Origin: an uncultured Candidatus Saccharibacteria bacterium
GTDB taxonomy: Bacteria; Patescibacteriota; Doudnabacteria; UBA920
Assembly (NCBI GenBank): GCA_964532425.1
Contig: CAZHIA010000004.1
Location: 19,740 to 83,739, forward strand
Length of the DNA stretch: 64,000 bases
Direction: 5' to 3'
Both the position numbers and the translations under genes were made by a program. Positions 14,565 to 23,507 of the stretch are shown in pieces (the first letter of the stretch is position 1; each line of letters starts with the position of its first letter). Below the pieces are notes generated by a model that had not been told where the DNA came from, searched no databases, and saw only the letters and a list, made by a program, of their open reading frames with translations.

Positions 14565-15737
14565 TTACTGCTGCGGGGAGGTATCTGGGTATAACAGTAG
14601 ATCCTGATCGCTGACAAAGGTAATATTGGTTTGAGTCGGGCTGACCCTGGCTAGAACGGTAGCATTCGGTATAGCGCTCTTGCGGCCGCTATTCGTAACA
14701 AGATAGACGGTTTCTCCGCTGCCGCGGATTAAGCTTCCGTCAGGCGCGGTCATGTACATTGGACTGATCGATTGGCTGTTCAGTTGACTCTGAGAGATCA
14801 TTTGGATTTGAGACCACTGATAGCCGCGAGCCAAAAAGATCTGCGCGGAAGTAAATGGCACGAGGACATTATTCCGAACCAGATAGACCGTCGGGTTGCC
14901 GCCAACCTGCACCAGCGAGCCGCTTATAAGCGGTGACGTCGAAGCAGTTGATCCTGGTATTGTGCCGGTCCCCGTACCTGGACTGGTAATCGTGAACGGC
15001 AGTGAATTGCTGGTACCGCTGGCAGCTGCCAAAGAAACCTGGTAGGTACCCGGGGTCAGCAAAGCTGCAAAATACGGACACGCTCCGGTACTCCATGGCG
15101 CACATGGGTTGATACTGCTTGGGATCGCAAATTGCAACACTGTTCCGGCAGTCGCTGAACTGACCGCTCCGCTAATATAACCAGGTCCAAACTGGACCGA
15201 GGTGCTCGACGAGAACCCGGAACCGCTAACCGTTACCACCGTACCCACCGGCCCTGAAGTTGGCGTGAGGCTGATGATAGAAAGTGCGGTCGAAGTCGCC
15301 CCGGCTGCCTGCGGTCCGGTCAGCGTGAATGGGCTGCTCGTGGCAAGCACTGAACCGGAACTTGCGTTGGCGAATGTCAGCGTATATTGCCCGGCCGGCA
15401 CAGTCCCACTGCCAGCCGTACTGCCGGCCATCCAGGTATAAATGCCGTTATTAGGGACGCTGGTTGCAACCGTATACACAGTCGTTGTCGCTGCCGGGCA
15501 GTTGGTGGCGCAGTACGGTACCAGAGACAGGCTCAGCAGCGTACTCGAAGAAGAAGTCGGGCTGTACCAGATAAAACTTTGACTGCTGCCCAAGTTCCAC
15601 TGTTCGCCTCCGCCCGGAGTGAGTATTTGCAAAACAGGCGCTGTGGTCGTTTGCGCCATTGCAAGACTATGGCCCCATAGCCAAGACGCGCCCACCAAGC
15701 CTATGGCGGCAAGGACAAATAAAACTTTTATTTTCAT
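14565..15737 (-). CDS. Secreted Ser/Thr-rich protein with an IPT/TIG-like domain and a C-terminal triple repeat shared with the 32445 protein
   Basis: Signal peptide MKIKVLFVLAAIGLVGA; IPT/TIG-like SIISLTPTSGPVGTVVTVSGSGF; C-terminal repeats GNPTVYLVRNNVLVPFTSAQIFLARGY / GETVYLVTNSGRKSAIPNATVLARV. Confidence 0.65.
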   Translation of the reverse strand: MKIKVLFVLAAIGLVGASWLWGHSLAMAQTTTAPVLQILTPGGGEQWNLGSSQSFIWYSPTSSSSTLLSLSLVPYCATNCPAATTTVYTVATSVPNNGIYTWMAGSTAGSGTVPAGQYTLTFANASSGSVLATSSPFTLTGPQAAGATSTALSIISLTPTSGPVGTVVTVSGSGFSSSTSVQFGPGYISGAVSSATAGTVLQFAIPSSINPCAPWSTGACPYFAALLTPGTYQVSLAAASGTSNSLPFTITSPGTGTGTIPGSTASTSPLISGSLVQVGGNPTVYLVRNNVLVPFTSAQIFLARGYQWSQIQMISQSQLNSQSISPMYMTAPDGSLIRGSGETVYLVTNSGRKSAIPNATVLARVSPTQTNITFVSDQDLLLYPDTSPQQ

Positions 15738-15865
15738 ATAGTTCGCACTATGGCGGTTAATGAATAGCTACCTGAATTGACGCATGAATATGGCAAGTAT
15801 TACTTATCAAAAAACTTTCATACTCTGTAGTATGAAAGTTTTTTGATCATATATATGAAAACCTT

Positions 15866-16471
15866 TTAAACTACCGGCTGGCTCCAGTCACCGCTGTTAT
15901 GGCGGTTACGCCCGTTGGTGTGCCAATCATGGACATTGGTTTCCATAATTTCCGTGAACAGCTTTTTGCCCGATTCAGTATAAAAGCGCGGCAGCACGTT
16001 ATCCTCACGCATGGGATGCAGTTCTTTTTCCAACGCAATACCATTGGCGGCCTGTTCATGCAGCTCCAAATCCACATCCAGCGTGTCCGCGTCTTTGACA
16101 ATCCTAGCTTCTTTGGACTCGCGCTTTTCGTATTCTTCCCAGATCTCCATCATTTCATCCTGCACTGAGGTGCCCTTAAGCATGTCTTCAATAGCCAGCC
16201 GTTCGTTGCGCGTAGTGTAGAGGCGCGACACATAATGCACGTCGCCGGTGCGACTTTCGGTAATGTCATGGATCAAGGCCATTTTAGCGATCTTGCCGGT
16301 ATCCAAATCCCCGCCCTCCATTTTAGCCAGTACGAGCGCTATCCAGGTCAAACGAAAAGTATGTTCGGCCACGTTGGCAAAATTCGTGCCGAGCATCTGC
16401 TTCCACGTCCGGGCTATGTTCCGAATACAGCCCATCTCGTATAAAAATTCAAAGTCGCGCTGTATGCTCAT
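15866..16471 (-). CDS. HD-domain phosphohydrolase (YfbR-like 5'-deoxynucleotidase family)
   Basis: H...HD...D metal-binding pattern: AEHTFRL, ALIHDITESRTGD, KDADTLD. Confidence 0.75.
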   Translation of the reverse strand: MSIQRDFEFLYEMGCIRNIARTWKQMLGTNFANVAEHTFRLTWIALVLAKMEGGDLDTGKIAKMALIHDITESRTGDVHYVSRLYTTRNERLAIEDMLKGTSVQDEMMEIWEEYEKRESKEARIVKDADTLDVDLELHEQAANGIALEKELHPMREDNVLPRFYTESGKKLFTEIMETNVHDWHTNGRNRHNSGDWSQPVV

Positions 16472-16648
16472 ACGGGATAAAATAATTATCTGAGCTCATC
16501 ATATACTATGACGATTCTTCGTTCAAATGCACATACCGGGCCAATAATGCATCAGCAATGTAGGGAACGGTCTAGACCGTTCCCTACGGAAACAAACAAC
16601 CTGCCAAAGCGTAGCCTATTTCATGCCATAAAAAAATCCCACCCTTTC

Positions 16649-16725
16649 TGGTGATCGCGGCAGGAGTCGAACCTGCGACCTTCAGCTCCGCAAGCTGACG
16701 CTCTATCCAACTGAGCTACGCGACC
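16649..16725 (-). tRNA. tRNA-Arg (anticodon GCG)
   Basis: Reverse complement GGTCGCGTAGCTCAGTTGGATAGAGCGTCAGCTTGCGGAGCTGAAGGTCGCAGGTTCGACTCCTGCCGCGATCACCA. Anticodon loop TTGCGGA with U33 and G37, encoded CCA. Confidence 0.8.
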
Positions 16726-16982
16726 ACAAGAAAAAATAGGAATTTTGGTACAGCTTTTGTATTTTAGCATAAACCAGTAGCTTTTTCAAGCCTTTTTCGG
16801 TATACTAAAACATAAGGACTTACGCGCTTGACCAAGTACGAGACAAAACGCGAGGATTGGCCGAGGCGTAGTCCACTACGGTGAGGCCGACCGGAGCGTT
16901 TTAACGAAGTAATTGGTCAAGCCCCTTGCGGGTTTCGCCCTGCATTTTGTGCCGGGCGAAACGCATAAGTCCTATCAAAATT

Positions 16983-17669
16983 ATGGAAGAACGCGTACAA
17001 AAATATATCAGTCAGCAGGGAGTGGCCAGCCGAAGAAAAGCCGAAGATTTCATCAAGTCCGGCCAGGTCTTTATTAATGGTAAAAAAGCCCGCCTGGGTG
17101 ATAAAATCGACCCGGAGAAGGACGAAATCAAGGTTTACGGGAAAATCATCAAGCCGTCATTCAAACCCGTCTATATCGCACTCAATAAGCCCAAAGGCTA
17201 TGTGGTAACCAAGAAGGACCCCTACGGACGCAAAACCGTGTTTTCACTGCTCCCGGACGACCTGCGCAGCAAGGTCTGGAATGTCGGCCGCCTCGACCAC
17301 GATACTGAAGGATTGATCATTTTGACCAATGATGGGGAACTGACGCAGCAACTCGCCCATCCCCGATATGAGCATGACAAGGAATATGAAGTCGCAACCC
17401 AGGAAGAACCAACCGACCACCAGCTTGAACTGCTGCGTGAAGGCGTGGAAATAGCCACCGGCATGACCTATCCGGCCAAAGTAAAAACGAGAAGCAATAA
17501 AATCTATATTATTATTCACGAAGGCAAGAAGCGGCAGGTGCGCCGCATGTTCTCCGCGGTCGGCCTGACCGTGACCAATCTCAAGCGCATCCGGATCAAC
17601 AAACTTACCCTGCCGAAAGACTTGTTGCTCGGGCAGTACCGATTGATCAAAAAAGAAGAAATTCTTTGA
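16983..17669 (+). CDS. rRNA pseudouridine synthase, RsuA/RluB family (S4 domain plus catalytic domain)
   Basis: S4 RNA-binding N-terminus (GVASRRKAEDFIKSGQVFINGKK) and catalytic NVGRLDHDTEGLIILTNDGEL motif. ATG at 16983; the track extension from 16926 was rejected. Confidence 0.85.
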   Translation: MEERVQKYISQQGVASRRKAEDFIKSGQVFINGKKARLGDKIDPEKDEIKVYGKIIKPSFKPVYIALNKPKGYVVTKKDPYGRKTVFSLLPDDLRSKVWNVGRLDHDTEGLIILTNDGELTQQLAHPRYEHDKEYEVATQEEPTDHQLELLREGVEIATGMTYPAKVKTRSNKIYIIIHEGKKRQVRRMFSAVGLTVTNLKRIRINKLTLPKDLLLGQYRLIKKEEIL

Positions 17670-18554
17670 TTGAACAAAATTGACCAACATTGTTCAAGGC
17701 TGATCAAGAATATGGAATCTAAAACTCGCTCCGGAAAAAAAATTATATTGGCAGCTATTACACTGGCAATAACAGTTACTGTTATTGCCGTGTTTTATTT
17801 CAGACCGACAAAGATAGCGGAAGAGATTATCCCGCCTCGTAAATCACCACCTCAACTATCAACCACCGACAGCACCGCCTCCCCCACTTCATTTTCCCAA
17901 ACAAACGACCAAAATCTGACCCAGTCAAAAGGCGGGGTCACCCAGTCGAATGACCGGGCGCAATCCGAAATCTTATTGAAGGCTCCCTTCACTCCCCAGG
18001 CCCCTACTGCCAACTGGGACCAACTGCACAACGAAGCGTGCGAGGAAGCCGCGGCTATTATGGCGGACGCTTACTTTAATAACAATAACGATAATAATAA
18101 CAATAATAGGAGCACGCTGGATCCAAAACGAGTGGAAGCGGAGATAGCAAAATTGACCCAGTGGCAAGACGAACACTTCGGGTACCACCTGGACACCACT
18201 TCCGCGGAAACCGCGGAAATGATAGAGAAGGTCTACGGCCTTCATACCAAGCTCATCACAGATTTTTCCGAAGATGATATCAAAGCCGAATTGAACCAAG
18301 ACCACCTCGTCATCATTTCCGAAAATGGCCGATTGTTGGGAAATCCTAATTACAAACGCCCGGGCCCCATTCACCACATGCTGCTGGTAAAAGGATATAC
18401 GACCGCACAACTGGTCACCAACGACCCCGGAACCAGGAAGGGCCTTAGTTATCCTTATGACTTTTCCACGATCTATACGGCAGCTGCCGATTGGAGCCAT
18501 GCGGCAGGCAGCGTGGACAGCGGCAAAAAGATTGCCATTGTCGTATGGGAATAA
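17670..18554 (+). CDS. Membrane-anchored protein with a C-terminal C39-like (papain-fold) peptidase domain and an internal poly-Asn tract
   Basis: N-terminal TM helix (IILAAITLAITVTVIAVFYF); TPQAPTANWDQLHNEACEEAAAIMADAYF and later HHMLLVKGY resemble the Gln/Cys/His arrangement of Peptidase_C39_2. Alternative start at 17712 (MESKTRSGKK). Confidence 0.45.
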   Translation: MNKIDQHCSRLIKNMESKTRSGKKIILAAITLAITVTVIAVFYFRPTKIAEEIIPPRKSPPQLSTTDSTASPTSFSQTNDQNLTQSKGGVTQSNDRAQSEILLKAPFTPQAPTANWDQLHNEACEEAAAIMADAYFNNNNDNNNNNRSTLDPKRVEAEIAKLTQWQDEHFGYHLDTTSAETAEMIEKVYGLHTKLITDFSEDDIKAELNQDHLVIISENGRLLGNPNYKRPGPIHHMLLVKGYTTAQLVTNDPGTRKGLSYPYDFSTIYTAAADWSHAAGSVDSGKKIAIVVWE

Positions 18555-18576
18555 AGTGCTCAAGCAATTACAATAT

Positions 18577-18612
18577 AAAAACCCGCCCAGTCGACTGACA
18601 AGGCGGGTTTGT
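18577..18612. terminator. Bidirectional terminator between convergent genes
   Basis: AAAAACCCGCCCAGTCGACTGACAAGGCGGGTTTGTC. Confidence 0.65.
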
Positions 18613-18635
18613 CGCATCGGCACCTGTACGCCGAA

Positions 18636-20861
18636 TTATTCCTCCTCTCTTTCATTGAGTTCCTTATCGCGAAGCTGCTCCCAGCTGCTGACCGTGCGGT
18701 AAATGCGGGTGTTCAACCGCTTCTGGCGGCGCTTCATATCGCGCTCGATATGCTCGATTGCATCCTTCATGGCCAACCGTGCAGCTTCCTGGTTCAATGC
18801 CCCATGAAGCTCTTCGATGGTCCAATTCAGAACGGCCGGATATTCCACCGCCACCCCGGCTAGGCGCAAGAAGAACTTCTTGAAGAATCGATACTTCGAT
18901 AGCAAGTGACCTGAGGCAGCGGCTTTTTGCCGGAATTCTTCGGCATGGAGCACATAGCAGGCGAAATGGTCGCAAAAATCATCGCGCTCATGCTTGGCAT
19001 GGCTGTACCATGTCAGGAAGTGTCCATCAAGATTCTCCGGCTTCCCGCCGGACCAGCTGATGCTTCGATATTCCTCCCGCTCATCTGCCGTCAGTTCGTT
19101 CCAGAGCGATTCGGCTACTTCATGGATAAAGACAAATCCATAAAATGCCTGGCGCGATGGAGGCAGCTCATTGTATGGCTCGTCATACTGGTGGTACAGT
19201 TCTACGCACTTCGTCTCCGCTACGTACTGGCCGATATTGAACATGCCTGACATGACCATATCCAAAGGCAAGATAGCGATATTGTATTTGACCACCGATT
19301 TGATATTGCGAAACATCACCGGCGGCAGCAAGCGGACCAAATTTTGTATGTCCTGCGCCTGTTTGAAGCTGAACTTAATATTCAGTCTGACTCGGTGGTG
19401 TTTGGGGCTTATACCCACAGCCCCCATGTCCCTTACGAAATCATGTATCCCCTTGATATTTTCGCGGGTCGCAATTTCCAGGCGGAACCCGTACTTCAGC
19501 CACAGATCGTGGTGGATATCCTCCAATAATGAAAGATCCAACCCTTGCTCAAAAGTCGCGGATACCACCTGCTCTTCCGCCTGCCGCTTCAACCGGTCAA
19601 AAAACATGGACACTGTCCGGTTGTCGCGTCCGAGATCATCCACCTCACCATGAAAAAGAACGACGGATTCTCGAATGTACCAGGAGCTGTATGGTATATA
19701 CTCAACCACGGTTCCCGACTGATCGATGAATTTGAGACCTGTCCCGTACGGCGAAACGTACCCGAAAAATGGAACCTCTCCGTCCGCCAGGCAGCGCGGA
19801 ATTTTTTGCAAGATCGCAACCAGGCGAAACAGCTCATCTTTCCGCATGGTAACGCCCCGTACCAAGTCGAAGACCGTCGCTGAAAAAACTTGCCGTTCCA
19901 AACGATCGCGACGCGATTCGAACCGGTCACGTTCCCGAGGACCGAGTCTATTCAGATGCAAAGCGAAATCAGGCACGTCGCGGAGCGAGTCAGGACCAAA
20001 CTCCTGTCGATAGGCTTCGGCGGAGACTTTTCCGAACCCCACTTGCAGCCCTTCCTGGCAGCTGTGCCATAAACATTCATACAAACGACCATTACTGATC
20101 ATGAGCGGCACTAAGGCGCGAATTTGCCGGCGTACAGCCGCTTTCCATGGTACATGCTCCAGGTAATCATCCACGCCGGTCATGCCCAGGTACGAATGCG
20201 GACCCACCGAAAGCAGCCCGGAATACACTCGGTCGGTTTCCACCGTATCCGTGCAAAAAATCATACTGTGCGTGTTTGATGAAAAATGCATGGGCACCAG
20301 ATTCCGCACACACGCTCCGGTATCTTCATCATTTTTGCTTTCGGCGGAATCCGTTCCGCACGTTATGAATGTCGCCGGTACGCGTTTCAGCAACGGCAAC
20401 AATGCTATCTCCAGCATTGTCAGTTCCGGAAAGACCTCATTCACTTCCCGAATGTTCGCAAACTTTCGGCCAAGGGCACCCAACACCGCCCGATTAAACA
20501 TGGCGAGACCATCTGCAAAACTGACACGCTTGAGAATGGCAGCTTCTAATTCTTCGCGCAGCTCATCCAAACCGAGCTTCTGCCTAAGTTCTTCAAAAGC
20601 ATCCTGCGTGTTGCGAGCGGCAATAGCGCGGCTGTTACTTGCCAGAGCCGGCAATGATTGTCCGGGTGCTGCGGAGGCATCCGCTTCCAATTGTTCAAGC
20701 CGATTATACGCTTCCGCCCGGCTGGCCGTGATGTATCCGTACAATTCCTGGCGCTCCCGGGCAACGTCGGCTGCCAGTTGCGACGGTTTATACGGCAGCA
20801 TGTCGGTAACACTGACCCTGCGCAGTTCCTGGCTTTCTTGATCCTTATCATTCTTCGACAT
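18636..20861 (-). CDS. Large hypothetical cytoplasmic protein, 741 aa, no recognisable family
   Basis: Continuous ORF with coiled-coil-like termini and several conserved-looking Cys/His positions; FIHEVAESLW is not a true HExxH. Confidence 0.65.
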   Translation of the reverse strand: MSKNDKDQESQELRRVSVTDMLPYKPSQLAADVARERQELYGYITASRAEAYNRLEQLEADASAAPGQSLPALASNSRAIAARNTQDAFEELRQKLGLDELREELEAAILKRVSFADGLAMFNRAVLGALGRKFANIREVNEVFPELTMLEIALLPLLKRVPATFITCGTDSAESKNDEDTGACVRNLVPMHFSSNTHSMIFCTDTVETDRVYSGLLSVGPHSYLGMTGVDDYLEHVPWKAAVRRQIRALVPLMISNGRLYECLWHSCQEGLQVGFGKVSAEAYRQEFGPDSLRDVPDFALHLNRLGPRERDRFESRRDRLERQVFSATVFDLVRGVTMRKDELFRLVAILQKIPRCLADGEVPFFGYVSPYGTGLKFIDQSGTVVEYIPYSSWYIRESVVLFHGEVDDLGRDNRTVSMFFDRLKRQAEEQVVSATFEQGLDLSLLEDIHHDLWLKYGFRLEIATRENIKGIHDFVRDMGAVGISPKHHRVRLNIKFSFKQAQDIQNLVRLLPPVMFRNIKSVVKYNIAILPLDMVMSGMFNIGQYVAETKCVELYHQYDEPYNELPPSRQAFYGFVFIHEVAESLWNELTADEREEYRSISWSGGKPENLDGHFLTWYSHAKHERDDFCDHFACYVLHAEEFRQKAAASGHLLSKYRFFKKFFLRLAGVAVEYPAVLNWTIEELHGALNQEAARLAMKDAIEHIERDMKRRQKRLNTRIYRTVSSWEQLRDKELNEREEE

Positions 20862-20964
20862 ATACCCTCCTGCAAACTCGCCAATGTGCTATCTTTGGGA
20901 GTATTCACACTATGATACCAATCCGGATTGCTTTGTGCAATATTAAAAAATATTAAAACTGCCA

Positions 20965-20993
20965 TTGAAACCATAGTCTCAAGCTGGTATACT
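20965..20993 (+). promoter_or_regulatory. Near-consensus sigma70 promoter for the 21015 gene
   Basis: TTGAAA, 17-nt spacer, TATACT; CAGGAGG RBS follows, then ATG at 21015. Confidence 0.6.
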
Positions 20994-21014
20994 GCCCCAT
21001 GTACAGGAGGCTCT

Positions 21015-21290
21015 ATGACTACGCATACCGGCGGGGCCACTACCCCCAAGATCGTGTCTCGCAAAGAAGGAAATCGCACCATTGTACGGATCGGTAATCA
21101 GGAAATGAGCCTGGATGATTTCCGGCAAGCGGTACTGCACGTCATGTGCAATACTACCCTGGATGGTCCCCATGATCCGCGCCGCGAACTCTTTCGCGAC
21201 TTCAGCTCTATGAGCGAGTGGAATGATGGCAACGGTCCCCGTTTCGTGGGCATCCGCCCTTCGGTCCGCAGCCACTGCGACGCGTTTTGA
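21015..21290 (+). CDS. Hypothetical protein, 91 aa
   Basis: RBS CAGGAGG 5 nt before the ATG; the track ORF from 20928 is an upstream extension. Confidence 0.5.
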   Translation: MTTHTGGATTPKIVSRKEGNRTIVRIGNQEMSLDDFRQAVLHVMCNTTLDGPHDPRRELFRDFSSMSEWNDGNGPRFVGIRPSVRSHCDAF

Positions 21291-21308
21291 CGGAACGCTG
21301 CATGCACG

Positions 21309-21346
21309 AAAAACCCCGTCCTGCACTGTGCAGGACGGGGTTTCTT
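21309..21346. terminator. Bidirectional terminator
   Basis: AAAAACCCCGTCCTGCACTGTGCAGGACGGGGTTTCTT. The stem is identical to that of the pnp terminator, with a different loop. Confidence 0.75.
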
Positions 21347-21359
21347 ATATCAAAACCGG

Positions 21360-23267
21360 TCAGGCTTCCACGGTCTCCTGGAGCACTTCTTCCGCGTGGC
21401 GGCGCTGGGTCTGTAAATTGTATATACGGGCATACTCCCCGTTTGTCGCCAGCAATTGATTGTGTGTACCGCGCTCTACGACTGCACCGCCGACAAGCAG
21501 GAGAATTTCGTCGCTATCAATGACCGTAGCAAATCGATGTGCAACCGTAATTGAGGTCACGCCTTTGGATACCTCCAATATGCTCTTCCGAATCTGTTCT
21601 TCAGTACTGCTATCGAGCGCTGAGGTAGCTTCGTCGAAAATGAGAACGTCGGGCCGCTTAATGATCGATCGGGCAATGGCAATGCGCTGTTTTTCGCCGC
21701 CCGAAACCATCAATCCCCGCTCTCCGACTTTTGTCAGCAATCCGTCGGACAGTTTGGCCAAAAACGGCTGCAGACTGGCGCGCTGCGCCGCATCCGCTAC
21801 CGCTTCTTCCGGCGCGGCAAAGCTGCCATAGCGGATATTGTCCGCGATGGTGGTATTGAATAGGACGTTATCCTGCAACACAAGCCCGATGCGCTTGTGC
21901 AGGGACTCGATGTCATAGTCTTGAATGGGGCGGCCGTCAATAAGGATCTCGCCCGAAGTCGGCTCATAGAACCGCAACAGTAGTTTGACGATGGTCGATT
22001 TACCGCTGCCGGTCTGCCCGACCAGGGCCAACTTCTTCCCGGGTTCGACCGTAAAAGAGATGTTCTGAAGTATGGGCCGAGGTTTTTGATTGGCGTCATC
22101 CTGAGCCGTGAGTGCATCCGAACGGCGAAGGATCCCATTTCTGGTGCCATCCGTAAATTGAGATGCTTCGTCGGATGCACTCCTCAGCATGACGCCAAAA
22201 GAAGGGCCATAGTCAAAGCTGACATTTTTAAATTCCACCTTCCCGCGCAACTTTTCCACTTTCGTCGCCCCCGGTTTGCTCCGAATCGTGACCGGTTCAT
22301 TGAGCACGCTCTGCAGCCGGTCGACTGCCGCAACACCTTCGCTGTATTTGGTGTAGATATCACCCAGATCGTATAACGGTTGGTATACGGCAAACGAATA
22401 GAAGTTGAACAGGATGACATTAGCAAAAGACAGCAGTCCGCGGAAACTCAACACCGCGCCCCACCACAGAAGTACCACGCGCGCCAGATTCACGACCGTA
22501 CCTTGGGCAAATCCTAAAGCCTGATACGAGACGGTTTTCTTCTTGAGCCGCACATGTGACAGCTGGTTGTCATGGTGCAAATTCTCCTCTTCGTGTTGTT
22601 CGGAGGAAAAAGCTTTGACCAACTCGATATGGCTAACTGCTTCAAACGAAGAGCCGAACAATTGTTCATTGATCTTATTAATCTCAACCTGGGTCCGCTT
22701 AATGCGGCGGGTGAAAACCCAGGTCACTAAAAAGAACAATGGAATGAATCCGAACAGGGCAACACCCATGCGCCAGGATTTCCAAAAAACAATCCCAAAC
22801 ACGACCACGATGGAAAAAGAGTTCTGGAAAATCTTATCGAATATGACCGAGAATAGGGACGTAATGTCATCGCGCGCCTTAGAAAGCTTGCGGAAGACTT
22901 CCCCGGCTTTTTCCTGGCTGTGAAAAGCCATGGGTAGTTGCAGGACATGGCTGTAGGCGTGTTCCAGGACGCGAATGCCGATGCGGTCAGCCACGGTAGA
23001 TACGAAGTAGGACTGCAGATTCTTAAAGGTGCGCGCGCCGAAGGCCACGCCAATCCAAGACAACACTACAAGCGTCAGGCTTCTGAAAAAATTCTGCGGA
23101 CTGCCGAAGCTGTACGGATTAGCCATGTACTTGCTGATGATCGTGGCGAAAAAGAACGGCTCTACCAACGACAATGACTGGCTTAAAATAACGAATAAAA
23201 AAATGAGGGCTATTTTGCCCTTTTCCTGCTGCCAATAATGGGAGAGAAAACGTAAATAAGGGAACAT
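21360..23267 (-). CDS. ABC transporter, fused permease/ATPase (MsbA-like exporter) carrying a 35-aa in-frame insertion in the NBD
   Basis: Six-TM N-terminal domain; Walker A GQTGSGKST, signature LSGGEKQRIAIARS, Walker B VLIFDEATSALD. Insertion GVMLRSASDEASQFTDGTRNGILRRSDALTAQDDA lies between the FDYGPSF and NQKPRPILQNISF segments. Confidence 0.9.
   Translation of the reverse strand: MFPYLRFLSHYWQQEKGKIALIFLFVILSQSLSLVEPFFFATIISKYMANPYSFGSPQNFFRSLTLVVLSWIGVAFGARTFKNLQSYFVSTVADRIGIRVLEHAYSHVLQLPMAFHSQEKAGEVFRKLSKARDDITSLFSVIFDKIFQNSFSIVVVFGIVFWKSWRMGVALFGFIPLFFLVTWVFTRRIKRTQVEINKINEQLFGSSFEAVSHIELVKAFSSEQHEEENLHHDNQLSHVRLKKKTVSYQALGFAQGTVVNLARVVLLWWGAVLSFRGLLSFANVILFNFYSFAVYQPLYDLGDIYTKYSEGVAAVDRLQSVLNEPVTIRSKPGATKVEKLRGKVEFKNVSFDYGPSFGVMLRSASDEASQFTDGTRNGILRRSDALTAQDDANQKPRPILQNISFTVEPGKKLALVGQTGSGKSTIVKLLLRFYEPTSGEILIDGRPIQDYDIESLHKRIGLVLQDNVLFNTTIADNIRYGSFAAPEEAVADAAQRASLQPFLAKLSDGLLTKVGERGLMVSGGEKQRIAIARSIIKRPDVLIFDEATSALDSSTEEQIRKSILEVSKGVTSITVAHRFATVIDSDEILLLVGGAVVERGTHNQLLATNGEYARIYNLQTQRRHAEEVLQETVEA
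22092..22196. repeat. 105-bp imperfect palindromic element inserted in-frame and codon-aligned (codons 358-392) in the ABC transporter gene
   Basis: Arms GGCGTCATCCTGAGCCGTGAGTGCATCCGAACGG and (reverse complement) GGCGTCATGCTGAGGAGTGCATCCGACGAAGCAT. A related partial copy is intergenic at 28505-28560, and a related arm lies at 30322-30345. Confidence 0.75.
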
Positions 23268-23507
23268 ATGATATTATAGTTTCTAATGCTTCAATCTATG
23301 TATCTTATAGACGTATAGTATCACGAATTTTTAAAGTTTGGATAATGAGGCTAGACTTAACCAGTTTATGTAACTCGTTATTCGGTACGCGAAGGCGCAT
23401 AGTAAGCCGCTTACCGCGAGACATTAGCCGATACGCTCAGCGCTACCGAATAACGTAAAACGTATACAAACAATGACTTTCCCCCAACATTTTGCTACAA
23501 TTAAGCC

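Noticed and set aside
16560-16587. Perfect palindrome GTAGGGAACGGTCTAGACCGTTCCCTAC as an intrinsic terminator
   Set aside because: There is no U-tract on either side. It is more likely a protein-binding site or stability hairpin, so no confident terminator call was made.
16649-16725. Alternative reading of this tRNA as tRNA-Arg(ACG)
   Set aside because: The sequence unambiguously reads CTTGCGGAG (anticodon GCG), not CTTACGGAG.
18090-18125. Codon-level repeat AATAACAATAACGATAATAATAACAATAAT as a DNA repeat element
   Set aside because: It is in-frame coding for a poly-Asn/Asp tract inside the C39-like protein: a low-complexity protein region rather than a mobile repeat.
18636-20861. HExxH zinc-protease motif in the 741-aa protein (FIHEVAESLW)
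   Set aside because: The sequence is HEVAE, with the second His missing, so it is not a valid HExxH site.
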